Source of the DNA: Mytilus edulis
Taxonomy: Eukaryota
Reading direction: 5' to 3'
Assembly: GCF_963676685.1 (NCBI RefSeq)
Contig: NC_092357.1
Location: 7,378,001 to 7,442,000, forward strand
Length of the DNA stretch: 64,000 nt
Shown here: positions 1 through 13,354 of the stretch, piece after piece
How positions within the stretch are numbered: position 1 is the stretch's first letter
Layout: every line of letters begins with the position of its first letter
The notes under the pieces: generated by a model
Seen by the model: the letters and a program-made list of their open reading frames with translations, nothing else
Told to the model about the DNA's origin: nothing
Database searches by the model: none
Made by a program: the position numbers and the translations under genes

Positions 1-546
1 CAAATAAGTCAAATGACCAAAATGGTCAGTTAACCCCTTAAGGAGTTATTGCCCTTTAAAGTAATTTTTTACCAATTTTTGTAATATTTTGTAATCTTTT
101 ACAAAAATCTTCTCCTCTGAAACTACTGGGCCAAATTTAACCAAACTTGGCAACAATCATCATTGGAGTGTCTAGTTAAAAAATGTGTTTGTTGACCCGG
201 CCAACCAACCAAGATGGTCGCCATGGCTAAAAATAGAACATAGGGGTAAAATGTAGATTTTGGCTTATAACTCTGAAACCTACGCATTTAGAGCAAATCT
301 GACGAGGGGTTAAATTGTTTATCAAGTCAATTGTTTTACAAAATATTTTCCTCTGTAACTAAAGGGCAAAGTTTATTATAGATAGAGAAAATTGTAAGTT
401 ACAAGAATGTTCAGTAAAGTAAGATCTACAAACACATCACTATCATCAAAACACCATTTTGTCATGAATCCATCGGAATCCTTTGTTTAATACAAGTATG
501 CACATAGACCAAGGTGAGCGACATAGGCTCTTTAGAGTCTCTAGTT
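1..546 (+). mobile_element. 3' part of a non-autonomous Helentron/HINE-like element (cut by the window start)
   Basis: Internal repeats of the 'atcttctcctctgaaactactgggccaaattt' type, and a 3' end 'caaggtgagcgacataggctctttagagtctctagttt' (sub-terminal motif, short hairpin, then TTT). This layout is typical of bivalve HINE/pearl-like elements. Family assigned by pattern recall only. Confidence 0.55.
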
Positions 547-1119
547 TAGTCATGGAGTTGTCAGTTTATTTTCTTGGTATCTCCCACCTCCCTATTTTCA
601 AAGAAAACTGAGTAAATGGGTCTTTAAAAGCTCATATTTTCTCATTTCATCAATGAAATAGTATATGAACGAGGGATTATTATAAAGTATTATTAACCAA
701 CTAAGTGCATTACTGCCAAAAGTGACTGTTTATTAAAAATTACATATTTTCTGTAATGGCCCTGTTTTTCTGTAATGGCCCTGTATTAATGCCCAGTTTG
801 TCTGTATTAAGCCCTGTTTGGGTTTTTGGATAAAGTTAATAAAACTAAGTTGTAAAGAGTATAATACCTTTTTGTATTTTATTTAATTTAGTAACCAGCA
901 ACCAACATTAAAGAACCATATAAGAGGATCACTGTTCATCCGGTTTTTTAACACATATCTCTTTCAACTTAATATCTTGGATATTTGGTATATTTAAAGC
1001 TTTATAATGGTGAAGTACAAATTATTTTGTTCAAACTAAACTGTCATTAAAAGAGTAAGACGGTACATCAAGTTAGCAGCAACACATACACTTTTGTTCA
1101 GTTGGTTAATAAATGTATT

Positions 1120-1289
1120 AATAAATGGGTGTTTTTATAATGGCCCTGTTATATGTCCTCGGTCAGTAATAATGGCCTCGGATGTTTGTAATAGCCCTTG
1201 GCTTTGCCTCGGGCCATTACAGACTTCCTCGACCATTATTACAGACCTTGGACATATAACAGGGCCATTATAAAAACACCCATTCATTA
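1120..1289. repeat. Imperfect palindrome of about 170 bp (foldback hairpin of an unclassified interspersed repeat)
   Basis: 'aatgggtgtttttataatggccctgttatatgtcc' is the reverse complement of 'ggacatataacagggccattataaaaacacccatt', and pairing continues toward the centre. Confidence 0.8.
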
Positions 1290-1420
1290 ATACCATAATA
1301 TAAACATTAATTTCCTTTAATTTCCTTTTCAATATTATAACTTTATAATTAGAAGGGGAGAAATAAAATCTATAGTTTGAAATTATCAATGTTGCCCAGC
1401 ATAATTATGATTGAATACTG

Positions 1421-1530
1421 TGGGAGTTTCTCGCTACGTTGAAGACCTGTTGGTGACCTTCTGCTGTTGTTTTTTATTTGGTCGGGTTGTTGTCTCTTTG
1501 ACACATTCCCCATTTCCATTCTCAATTTTA
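1421..1530 (+). mobile_element. Short 3'-terminal fragment of the Penelope-like element family at 25493-27490
   Basis: 'tctcgctacgttgaagacc...ggtcgggttgttgtctctttgacacattccccatttccattctcaatttt' matches 27390-27490. Confidence 0.7.
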
Positions 1531-3840
1531 TTTGTTAGATGTATTTCTACTTGTTTGAACCTGATGCGGAATTACAGCATTGTTAAACTTGATTTTATAG
1601 TGTGTTTTTTTTTTATTGTATACTGTAACACCATTGTTCCAGGTTAAGCGGTGGTTGGGTTTATGCTAACATCTTTAAACCCGCCACATTCTGTATGTGG
1701 CTGACCCAGGTCACCAAGGAGCCTGTAATTTGGTGGTTGTCGTTTGTTACTGTGCTATATATTTGTTTAGTTTATTATTTTGTACACAATTTAGGCAGTT
1801 ACTTTTCTCGTTTAGGATCGTTTGATATTTTTCATTTATAGGCCTTTTAATTTTAAACATATTCATTTATAGTGGATTGGGAAACAAGTTTTGTAATTTA
1901 TATTAATCCCTTTCCACTTTGAGGTTGCGAGTGCTGTCTTGTAGCGGCGTTAGCCTTCTCTTAATTGTAGCTGACTGTGAGATATAATCTTTGTTTATTA
2001 TTGAAGGCCGTAGGTTGACCTATAGGTGTTACTTTCTGTGTCACTTGGTCTCTTGTGTAGAGTTGTTGCATTGACATGCATACCATATCTTCTTTTAAAA
2101 CACATCTAGGGTATGTGTCTATTTGACAGCAATTCAACGACACAAAAACGAACTCGAGTCAATTTAAGTGTTCGGCAATATACCTAGTCGAAAGATTATT
2201 ATTCTATCGTGAACTTATTCACTTACTATTCAGTACATCATTCTATAGTAATTCCGACTTAAACTACTACAATATAGACTGTGATTTTTAAAGACCAATG
2301 TCTTATAATTGAAATAAAAGCAGGCCAACTGGGACACCACTTTCACGTAGAGTGCAACTAATCGTATTGCACAATACAAAAAGAATTGTGAAATGTATAT
2401 CCAAATTTGTATATTGCCTATTTTACATATTCGAAGTCCGTGTTTTTTTCGGTGAAAGGAGTCATGAATTTGAAACTTGACATACATTTCTGTATCACTA
2501 ATATATATAGCCTTAATTTCATATTTGTATTCAAATAAACTGATCGAAAGTTTACTCGCACACAAGAACACTTTGAATGGTTTGAAATTTATCCTTGGCT
2601 ATGTGGTGGTCAGTATATGTTTGTTTGCAGTGATCTAATATAGTGGGAGTAGATTTGAAATATAACATCTGCGTTTCATATAGAAGTAACGGAAATTGTT
2701 GATAAGATATATTGCTTTCATGTTTTACTCTATGTGCCTCATGAAGTAGACAACTTAATGTGTGCTGTTTGGTCGGGTTGTTGTCTTTTGACATATTTCC
2801 CATTTCCATTCTAAATTTTAATCATATATTGTGTTTCTTTTCAAATGCAATGAAAACTACAGTTATGAAAACATCAGATATCTGTCAAATCTATTTGTCT
2901 CTCCGTCAAACAGCGTAAGCTTGTTAATCTGATTTTCATACACGGCTAATAATTTCCCTTTTTACATTGCTTTTATAGATGGTGAAACAGATATCATATA
3001 ACCGAATAGTATCGAATGTGAAAAAGAAAATATGATCTAAAAATGTAATAGAAATGTTTTGTTTTTCTTAATTCATACATATATATATATATACTGGTTG
3101 TGTAATTTTTGATTTTATAAAAATGGATAATTACCACGTGAATCACTGTTTACATTTACTCGGAAGAAATTGTTCCGAGTATTCCTTATTTTGATTGGTC
3201 AATTTGTTACCTGGATACAGGACGCTCATATATATTTCTTTGTTTCGGGATTCGCGGTACATTTGAAATTTTTCATTGAAATTATTTACCCTCCCACCCG
3301 CCGCATACAACTGTGTTAGTTATGAATTTTAATGTATTTTATGTACTTATTTATAAGATGTGCTTGTGTATACTGCGGCTAGCTCATGTGTTTATTCGAG
3401 CTGTTTGGATGAATATATTTATCATTTCTAATGGCTAGACGCTATATTTGCTCTTGAACATTAACTTTACATGTTATATGTGACTGTCAGTGGTATAGTC
3501 TATAGAAAACTGTACCCCCCCCCCCCCCCCCCCCCCCCCAAACAAAAAACTATCTTTGCTCGGTCCTAATGCATGTTCAGTTTTGGCTGATTATGACTTA
3601 AAAAGTACTCTCTTAATGTCATAAACCAAAGACATTTGAATACAAGCAGGAACATATATTAAAGTTAGATATACTGTATCCAGATACAAGTGATAAGATT
3701 TTATTGTCTTTTAATTCCGTCTGATATTCCGAAACTTATTATCTGTTCCGTGATTGTTTTGTTTTTATTTTTTTAATATTTCGAATCAAAGTCTAAAAAG
3801 TGTTTTGAATAAATGTAAACAGGATCAAAATTTAGTCTTT

Positions 3841-3906
3841 TTGCGCAATGTTTTGTCGTTTATTTGGATCAATACAGTGAGAAGATTAGACAACATTGTT
3901 TAAAAG
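3841..3906 (+). other. Candidate non-coding first exon / promoter-proximal region of PPM1K
   Basis: Donor-like AAG|GTAACA at 3906/3907 and a TTGCGCAA palindrome at 3841. The coding exon has a strong acceptor (ttttcag|G at 6117/6118) upstream of its ATG, so an upstream UTR exon is expected. Its position here is a guess. Confidence 0.25.
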
Positions 3907-5451
3907 GTAACAAATGAAAATGTTTGCTGATTTCAAAGCTAATGTAATGTTATCAAACATTAGGGGCTGCATCGTCAGTTCAGACTTCCAAATGGATCCC
4001 TCAACCGGTCTAAACGGGTCTCCAAAAAGAAAAATCAAGCTAAATTAGCCAATCTGGTAGTTTGGTGAACCGGTGTACAGTGTTCCCTTTCCTGATCTGG
4101 AGGAAGCTGAGTTTATTCCAGATTTTCTGGCATGTCAAAGGTTTTCTGACAATCCGTTTGGGTGTTTGGGAATTTGTGTCCTGATTTAGCTACTCTATTA
4201 TATAGATAAACCCCATTCAACTATATTTTGCACCGAAACCTTGCCACTAATGCATACATGACATACATGTACCTGCCTACATATGAAACCTTCAAAGATA
4301 GAGATCTCATTCCAATATGACAGTAGAGGGGTAGATTAAGCAATCTGCACGAATTACATTTTCCAGTTAAATATATGACCTGTTTACTTATTCATCTACA
4401 CTGCACTAGTAATAGTTAATAAATATTCTTTTGCTGTATGTATGTATGTTCCGTAGCTCCCTCCTTTAGTAGGAGCACCACCATGGGTTATGGTGTAAAA
4501 AGGAAGACATTTAACACACTGTATCGGTACAGATTTAATGTGAGCATTTGCCTATCCAGTCTCCCAGCCTGGCCGTGACGGGTCTTACAGCCAGAAAGTT
4601 AACCTTCCCAAAACAATAAGTACAATGTAATAAAGCATACGAACACACCCACTCACCTGACTCGCTCATCCTCAAAAATATAAAAAAAACATAATATAAA
4701 AAAAACATTATATACAAAATAAGGGATAAGGTCACCCCGGATGCCGCACAAATGCCTAGACAACGAACAGGAAACCGGAGAGGACATACTTGGAATCCAA
4801 ACCGATACCGCTAAATGCCCAGCTGTATTCCTGGTAGAGGAAAGGCTGTACATTGACCTATAATGAATTACTTTTATAAATTCTGATGGAGAGTTGTTTC
4901 ATTGGCACTCACACCACCAGAGGCGGATTTAGGGGGGTCCATGCCCCCCCCCCCCTTTTTGGGAAAAAATTTGGTTGCTTATATAGGGAATCACAGAAGC
5001 CTGACTGGAGCTGTCTCCATTGTCTTGTTTAATATATATATTTTTGTTATTATCCTGATTATATGAAATGTTTGTATTTTAAATGAAATCCTGTTTTGTT
5101 TTAATCGCTAGAACACAATGTATGTTTATTTTAAGCAGTTCTGTTCTCATGTTTCTCAACTGCTTAAATAATAAATGTACAAACACAATATGCTGCATGT
5201 TTTGATCAACTTTATCATGTTTATTATTGAAATCAATTTTAGATTTGTATATTTTGTCTTGTCATGCTTGTAGTCATAACTAAATTTGAATGATTGTGCC
5301 CTCATAAGACTTTATTTTAACTAATCACTTTGCTCTTATAATATGATAAGAGCAAAGTGATTATTTAAAATAATAAAAAATTATAGTGGTATTTTATCAG
5401 GTTTATTATTCAATGATCATCATGATCATGATCATAAATTTACTCTGTTAA

Positions 5452-5748
5452 CCCTTTCCTTCATGGATTTTTTTTTCTCACATACTTGATTCGCATAGGA
5501 TTTTTTCAATAAAAAAAAATCATCAGCTTTAAAGTTATAATGCATTATGAAAAACGAATATTTCTTCAATGAAATTCAAGTCAGATATTCTCATGAATAT
5601 CCTTTTCATATTGGATACAAACTTTTTTAAGTCTGATGCAGACATTTTGTAATCAAAGCGTTTCAACTGAGGTACTACACAGGCGTCAAAAGGCATCATT
5701 ATGGAGTAAAGGGGGTGGCATCAAAAAGCGTCATTATGGAGGAAAGGG
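5452..5748. mobile_element. piggyBac-type MITE
   Basis: TTAA|CCCTTTCCTTCAT ... ATGGAGGAAAGGG|TTAA: CCC...GGG termini, terminal inverted repeats and a TTAA target duplication (5448-5451, 5749-5752). Confidence 0.8.
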
Positions 5749-6285
5749 TTAAAAAAAATTCACAAGTTAATGAACTTGAAGTCACTCAACTTTATAGCAG
5801 TCATGGCAGGGAGATGTATGAAATATTTGAAAAAGTTATTTACTTTATGTTACCATGCATGTATAGAATAAATAATATTAACCTAAAGTCAATAACAAAG
5901 GTTTATTTTTTAGATCAGGAATGTCTTTGAAGTGTTTAAAAATCAGTGAAGAAAAACTATTTAACAGGAGTTATGGCTCTTAGCTCATTGTAGTTTGAAA
6001 ATCAAAATAAATATATAGAAAATTCCATTGTATTAAAGTTGTCTCAAGGTAAATAAATGTGTATCTCATCAGTGCAATTGATTACTGTTCTTTTATTTTT
6101 AAAATTATATTTTTCAGGTTCTTTATGTTAATTGTACATGATCAGAAGTTGGGATGAAAAGATTGAAACTTAAGCAGGTTCAACTGTAATATTTAACTAC
6201 TAAGGGGGATAATTCTATACATGTAGGTGCCAGTTTAAGAGGGATATAATATCTAGAACAAAGGTATCAGATATTGAAAACTACA

Positions 6286-9200
6286 ATGCTGTCATCATGC
6301 TGTAGATATTTCCCAAGTATTTGTCAGTGCTCAAGAACCATTTGTAGTATAAAACAGTTCTCTGGTGAAAGGGACAACAGGTTCTTAAAACATCAAGAAC
6401 TTAACTTGCAACACACAGTAAAGAGGCACTATGGAACTCCTCTTACTGACCCAGAAAACAAAGGAGGTCAACAAAGGGGAGTGAATTTTGACACGTTGGG
6501 GTCATGGAATAATAGATTAGATATGCCAATTATGATGAACGAGAGTATTAAAAGAGGAAATCTGATTCCAGAAATTCCATTTGAACATGTTGGCATCGAT
6601 TCACTTCTTGGACGTAGAAAAGTAAATGAAGACAGGTACATATTTTACTTAAGATTTGGATTCATCCTATTTGACAAAACCAATAATGAATTTTCATTTA
6701 TATTCTATTTTTTTGGTTTTGCCAAAGTTTAGGTCTGCATACAAACTAAAATAATTACTTATAGTAAATTTGCAGTTTATTGATCGCTTAATTTTCTTTG
6801 TTATCTATACCCACTAAATCCAATAAAAATTTGTATTCAAATAATAAAGAATATTTCAAGTTCTATGAGTGAGAGTCCTGATCAAGACATGTAAGATAAA
6901 CTTAACTATTTATTTATTTTGACAGATATTTTATAGAGAAGATATCTCCGACATTGTTGTGTTTATACATGTATGTTTAAGTAATTCTTCAACTTCTTCC
7001 TTATTTTGACAGATATTTAATGGAGAAGATATCCCCCACATTGTTGTGATTTGCCATATTTGATCTCTATTTTTATTTTGCTAGATACATATAGAATAAT
7101 AGGTAACGAAAACGAAACTACCTATTATTTTGTTTATCGGTAATTATGACATCACACAATGTATTGCCTAATATTTCCAGTGATACAGCCAGTACGTTGA
7201 TACTGGAAAATATTAGGCAGTAAAATCAAAGGGAAAATATACGAATTACCAATCAAATGTATTTTATGGAGAAGATTTGTGTTTTGCCATATTTGATCTC
7301 TATTTTTATTTTGACAGATATTTTATGGAGAAGATATCCCCCACATTGCTGTGTTTTGCCATATTTGATCTCTATTTTTATTTTGACAGATATTTTATGG
7401 AGAAGATATCCCCCACATTGCTGTGTTTTGCCATATTTGATCTCTATTTTTATTTTGACAGATATTTTATGGAGAAGATATCCCCCACATTGCTGTGTTT
7501 TGCCATATTTGATCTCTATTTTTATTTTGACAGATATTTTATGGAGAAGATATCCCCCACATTGTTGTGTTTTGCTGTATTCGATCTCTATTTTTATTTT
7601 ACCAGATATTTTATGGAGAAGATATCCCAGACATTGTTGTGTTTTGCTGTATTTGATCTCTATTTTTATTTTGCCAGATATTTTACTGAGAAAATATCCC
7701 CGACATTGCTGTGTTTGGTAACTGTTTATTTATTTTACCAGATATTTTGCCAGAAATTTTATGGAGAAGATATCCCCGACATTGCTGTGTTTGATAACTC
7801 TTTACTTATTTTGCCAGATATTTTATGGAGAAGATATCCCCCACATTGCTGTGTTTTGCTGTATTTGATGGACATGGAGGATCCGTAGTATCAGATTTTG
7901 TGTCCAAGGTGTTAACAGATCATATCAAGTTTTGGTTGCTTAGGGAGACAGATTTATGTTTGGTTCTCAAACAGGCCTTTATTGATGTCAACAACATGCT
8001 TGCCAGGCACTCATATTTCTATTCTCTTGGTAAGATATGCAGTGACAGTTGTCATGGTTTAAGGTCAAAGATGGTTCATATTGCTAAGTACATGGCCTGT
8101 GTTTAACAAAAATCTTACCACTTTAACTTGCAGTTTGATCGTAAATGAACTGAATTGTTTAAGACATATAATGACTTTTAGTTGTAAGGTTTAACATGTT
8201 TAATGTGAAATGCAGGCCTCTTCCTCTTATCATGCTTATCATCTTGGTTTGTAATTTGTATAAAATAAATCATGATTTTTTAACCTTAATAAAAAAATGG
8301 ATAACAACTGTTATACTCCTGACTTGTTACAGGCATTTTATTTTTTTGTAAATGGTGGATTAGACGTGGTGTTACTACTAGCTAAACCTTTCATTATACC
8401 CCCGCTTTAAAAAAGGGGGGGTATACTGTTTTACCTCTGTCTGTCAGTCCGTCCGTCCATCAGTCCGTCTGTCCGTCAGTCCGTCCATCAGTCAGTCCGT
8501 CCCATGAAACTTTCGTCACATTTTTCTCAGGAACTACACATCCACTCTTTCTGTAATTTGGTATCAACATTTATATATGTCAGCCATACCTTGTGATGCG
8601 TTTTCAGATTCATCACTTGACAACTTCCTGTTTACCGAACACTTGTCTGATTTTACACATGATAGCCAAGTTGAAAATTTTCGTCACATTTTTCTCAGGA
8701 ACTACAATACAAGGATTTCTGAAATTTGGTTTCAGGATTTATATAAGTCAGCTATACCGTGTGATGCGTTTTCAGATTCATCACTTGACAACTTCCTGTT
8801 TACCGAACACTTGTATGATTTTACACATGATAGCCAAGTTGAAAATTTTCGTCACATTTTTCTCAGGAACTACAATACAAGGATTTCTGAAATTTGGTTT
8901 CAGGATTTATATAAGTCAGGTATACTGTGTGATGCGTTTTCAGATTCATCACTCGACAACTTCCTGTTTACCGAACACTTGTATGATTTTACACATGATA
9001 ACCAAGTTAAAAATTTTCGTCACATTTTTCTCAGGAACTACAATACAAGGATTTCTGAAATTTGGTTTCAGGATTTTTATAAGTCAGCTATACCGTGTGA
9101 TGCGTTTTCAGATTCATCACTCGACAACTTCCTGTTTACTGAACACTTCCATATTTTTACACTATTAATATTATCCACTTGCGGCGGGGGTATCATCAGT

Positions 9201-12103
9201 GAGCAGTAGCTCGCAGTTTCACTTGTTTATTAATTTATAAGCAACTCAAAGTCAGGATACAGCCTTCAACAATGAATTTTACCTTTATCATGTTTATACA
9301 ACGAAACAGTCCTTTTCTGCTATTGTACATTTAGTTTAAGTCTTATTCAAATTTCCTAGTATATAATGATTTCTATATAAGGAAGATCTCTTGAGTTTGA
9401 ATTTCTCAGGTATAATTCAAGCAGGAAAAGTCATACATATGATAATTTATAAACAAAAGTAATGTATAAATTGGTATTTCATCTCTTATTACATGTACTT
9501 TCTTCAATAACTTTGTTTTAATGTTTCTCTAAAATAAAATTGATAAAAAAAAATTTACTTTACAGATACAAAAGAATTTCAGGCGGGAACCACAGCGACA
9601 GTCTGTCTGCTTAGAGATGGCATTGAACTAGCTATTGGACATGTTGGTGATAGTAGAGCCATTTTATGTCGTGAAGGACTAGCTCTACGACTGAGTGAGG
9701 ACCATGTACCTGAGAATCATCGAGAGAAAGACAGAGTCCATCAACGGGGTGGCATTATCAGCCACAATAGTCAGGGAGTGTGGCAAGTCAATGGCAGGTT
9801 ATCCATGACGAGAAGTCTGGGCGACATTGAATTAAAGAAATATGGAGTGACTGCACACCCTTACCTAACAACCAAAACTGTAATTATTTTATATGCATAG
9901 ATATACTGGTACTGTGGATATATTTATTTTTATGGCTATCAATTTTCGTGGAATGCTGAAAACTTGCATATTTGTGGACATTTGATTTCCTGGTTTTGCT
10001 TATCGCTGTATACAAAGCATTTTGAAAATATGATATATGTTGAACATATGAATTTGTGGTTCACCTGTACCCAGGAAACCCACGAAAATTGGTATATAAC
10101 GAATAAAATTGAATCCACTATATATGAAAATAAGAAAATGGGTTATAAGACAACTATTCACCTGAGACCAAATGACACAGAAATTAAATCAACTATAGGT
10201 CACTGTACATCCTTCAACAATGAGCAAAACCCATACTATGTAGTAAGATATAAAAGGCATGGAAATGACAAATGTAAAACAAGTTAAAAGAGAAAATCAA
10301 CAGTTTGATTTATTTAAAAATACATATACTCATTCAACATGTTCAAAACCATAGAATATATACACATGTATATAATATATATATACAGTTAACTCTCGTT
10401 GTCTCGAACTCGGTTGACTCGAAATTTCGGATGAGTCGAAGTTTTCACGTGGTCCCGAACTTTATTCCATACAAAAGTATGTAATTCGACTCCTGATGAG
10501 TCGAAATTGGATGAGTCGAAATTTTGGTTGAGTCGAACTAAATTTACGGTCCCAAGGTTAACAAAAGCATTCAAAATTCATTGTTTATCTCGAACTAATA
10601 CACATATGTCAAAACATGACCTCTGGGATTTAAATGTATTGAAGAGTTAATCTGACAATACACGTGTAATTAAATTTCCGGTCACTGACCACTGTATTGA
10701 TTTATGACATGCTATTTCCATGAGTGTTTACCTAAGATTATCTTTTATAGAATTTTTATAAATAATTAGTGATACATTGTTAATGTTCATGAAAAAGTAT
10801 TTAAATTGTTTACAAAACAATTAATTTGTGATTTACACTAATGAGCTTGGGTGTGTATAAAGTGAGGATTATGGCTTCCGTTGATGATCACCTAAAAACT
10901 ACTCAAGCGGCGTCTTTAATCTGGTTATATATTCTTTTGAAAAGAAAGAGTGAGATAAATCAAAATGAAAAGAAATCAAAATTTTCTTAAATCTCTTGTA
11001 TCCGAGAATAAACAATTTTGTCAGCTATTAGCAACCTGAATTACGAAACTGTCGATTGAAAATTACTCTCTTAGAAAAGCCATAGGATTTTATTTTTAAT
11101 TGAAACAATTGAATAAGTAAAAATAAAAGTCAGTATAATAATAAAAGACTGTGACATACAAATACATCGATCTGATACTAGAATATCGATCCCCTTGCCA
11201 TATTCACCCGGATTTATTTTAGCTTTACCAAGATAAGCAAGAGTTGTGTCCCTTAGAATGTCGAACTTCCGGTGTTCGTTTGAGTCGAACTACGTGTATC
11301 TCGAAATATTTCTCTGGTCCGGCTGACTTCGACATAACGAGAGTCGACTGTATATAGGATTGTTATATATTTGTTTTTGGAATTTGTAGCTCTTGCTATG
11401 TTATATTATAGTATAGTATCAATAATCAGGTTAAAAAATTCAGAGACAATTGCATGTTGCTATATAAACATGATCACATGATGATAAAAGGGACCTAACA
11501 AGAAAAGCCAAATACATCATTGGTCTACTATTCTTTGAGACAAATACATCATTGGTCTACTTTTCTTTGAGAGGGTTTTGGATGCTAAATTTATTGAAAG
11601 GGAAAATTTTACATTTTGAAGCATTACCATGATTACAAATTAGATATATCCTGAACTTTGTCCTCTATTTTCAAAATAATTTTTCATAAAACCACACATG
11701 AACATTGATTTTATTTCTTTAGAGAAATAGATCTAGACTCATCTTTTGAAACTTTCATCTCCCAAAAATCTCAATATTTTAAGATAAAAAATATATACCT
11801 ATAGCAATACAAAAACGTTGATTTTTATTTCAGCTGAAGCATGGTAAGGATGCCTTTCTAGTCCTAACGACTGATGGTGTAAACTTTGTATTGAACGATC
11901 AGGAACTTATTGATATTATATGCTGTTGTTCAACTCCTCAAGAAGCAGCATCATTCGTCACCGATCAAGCATTACATTTTGGTTCAGAGGATAATTCAAC
12001 TGCCATAGTTATCCCCCTTGGTGCGTGGGGAAAATACAGAACAACACTTCGAGCTATTCCATACAGTTTTGGAAGGAATTTAGTGCGAGGACGATATTCG
12101 TAG
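6286..12103 (+). CDS. PPM1K: Protein phosphatase 1K, mitochondrial (PP2Cm / BCKDH phosphatase), 381 aa; exons 6286-6635, 7818-8029, 9566-9879, 11834-12103
   Basis: The spliced translation has the PP2C motifs GRRKVNEDR, FAVFDGHGG, GTTATV..LRDGIEL..GHVGDSRAILC, LSEDH.PE, VNGRLSMTRSLGD, FLVLTTDG and GSEDNSTA. It also has the PPM1K-specific segments FDTLGSWNNRLD.PI....SIKRG..IP.I and PLGAWGKY. All junctions are GT-AG, phases 2/1/0 are consistent, and the stop is TAG at 12101-12103. Confidence 0.95.
6905..7870 (+). repeat. Tandem array (72-bp core unit) copying the PPM1K intron acceptor plus the start of the following exon
   Basis: Unit 'ttgacagatattttatggagaagatatcccccacattgctgtgttttgccatatttgatctctatttttatt'. 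AG acceptors lie at 7316, 7388, 7460, 7532, 7604 and 7676 (72-bp spacing), with degenerate copies at 6924, 7011, 7740 and 7752. The last copy (AG 7816-7817) is the real exon start. Confidence 0.95.
8393..9227 (+). mobile_element. HINE/Helentron-like non-autonomous element with a (GTCC)n microsatellite and about 4 internal 168-bp tandem repeats
   Basis: 5' 'tatacccccgctt..aaggggggtata' inverted repeat, a GTCC/GTCA microsatellite at 8440-8500, and 168-bp repeats starting at 8511, 8679, 8847 and 9015. The 3' end has a 'gcggcgggggtat' sub-TIR and a 'gtgagcagtagctcgc' hairpin. This explains ORFs 8577-9209 and 8593-9168. Confidence 0.8.
10386..11350. mobile_element. Tc1/mariner(pogo)-type MITE
   Basis: TA|CAGTTAACTCTCGTTGTCTCGAA ... 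TTCGACATAACGAGAGTCGACTG|TA: TIRs start with CAGT, TA target duplication, and internal 'gagtcgaa' sub-repeats. Confidence 0.85.
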
Positions 12104-12266
12104 CTTGTGATGATCTGAAAAACTCTTTGTGTTATTCCATACAGTTTTGGAAGGAATTTAGTGCGAGGACGATATTCTTAGCTTGTGATGATCTGAAAAA
12201 CTCTTTGTGTTATTCCATACAGCATTGGGAGAAATTAAGTGTGAGGACAATATTCATAACTTGTGA
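12055..12266 (+). repeat. 78-bp tandem repeat (about 2.7 copies) spanning the PPM1K stop codon
   Basis: 'tattccatacagttttggaaggaatttagtgcgaggacgatattcgtagcttgtgatgatctgaaaaactctttgtgt' starts at 12055, 12133 and 12211. Confidence 0.95.
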
Positions 12267-12844
12267 AGAACATCATCTAAAGAGAAATAATTTATCCCCT
12301 CTGCTGCTTTATGGAACAATTTAAAAGGGCATTATGTTTTTCAGTCTGGGTGGTTGTCGTTATGTGTGTTTGTCCATCTTTGATTGGGTTAAAGTTTTAA
12401 TTTAGGACAGTTAACCATGAAGGTCACAGCAATTTGATAGTTAGAATTACATGTTTATTATGTGAAATTTTAAAAATATATGCCAATTAGGATTTTGATC
12501 CTGATTTTACAGTTGACTGAACCTGGAAACTTGACATAGGTGCCTGGTGCTCATGGACATATGATCTTGTTGGTTGTTGGTGCATAATTTTGTGATGTTT
12601 ATATATTTTTGATTTGTTTCAAAAGAGAAATATCTGACATTTTACTTATTTGTTTGTATGAGCAAAAGCCATTCTTCGAATTCTTCAATTAGAAACCCCA
12701 TATACATGTACATATATACAGCAAATCTAAATACTCATTTCTAAGTTTTCATTTATGTTCAGTCAGGGGTTCTACTTGTACAAGTTAATTTTATTTACCA
12801 TGTTTACCTGAAGAAGTAAAGAAAAATATACACATATAAGTAAA

Positions 12845-13212
12845 TAATTACATTAGATGTATGTTTCATTGTAATACGTTATTCTAATTGGCTAACTGCA
12901 CATCACGTGCTATTCCTGAAACAATTGTATTAGACAATAACATTTATCATTCATGATGACACTAGGTCCAACAATAAAGTGCACAGGTAAATTAAACGAA
13001 AACTTGATAAAAATCGAGTTTTCATGATTCTAGTTAAAAAAATGTAATTATAAGTATTGAATGCTTCTTTTTGTAACTTTATAGGGTTGTAAAAGCGTTG
13101 ACCGTGCGCACATTTTTAGTATGAAGCGCTTCCGCGCTTCATACAAAATGTACTTCAGTCAACGCTTTTACACCCCAATAAAATTACAAAAAGCAGCATT
13201 CAATTCTTAAAT
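12845..13212. mobile_element. Unclassified interspersed repeat ending in a hairpin of about 160 bp
   Basis: 13051-13209: 'taagtattgaatgcttctttttgtaacttt...aaaagcgttgac...tatgaagcgc' pairs with 'gcgcttcata...gtcaacgcttttac...ttacaaaaagcagcattcaattctta'. Confidence 0.6.
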
Positions 13213-13354
13213 AAATAATGTTTGAATAATCTCCCCTTAATTTTCTCAAAAATTTATTTGTATAAGTAATATAAATTTTTCTTACAATCCCACAAAAATC
13301 CTCAGGTTTTGAGATGTAAAAGCATGCCTTTCATGATTTACTAGGTTTGCATAA

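Noticed and set aside
4535-4853. GC-richer segment with minus-strand ORFs and a CAG|GTGAGT donor-like site near 4655 (possible divergent gene exon)
   Set aside because: No recognisable protein and no supportable partner exons downstream on the minus strand. It may be a repeat fragment.
7257-7888. ORFs of 154 and 203 aa with 24-aa repeats
   Set aside because: They are translations of the 72-bp intronic array, and the longer one is out of frame with the true PPM1K exon.
8577-9209. ORFs of 210 and 191 aa with 56-aa repeats
   Set aside because: They come from 168-bp internal repeats of a non-autonomous element, are open in two frames and show no protein motif.
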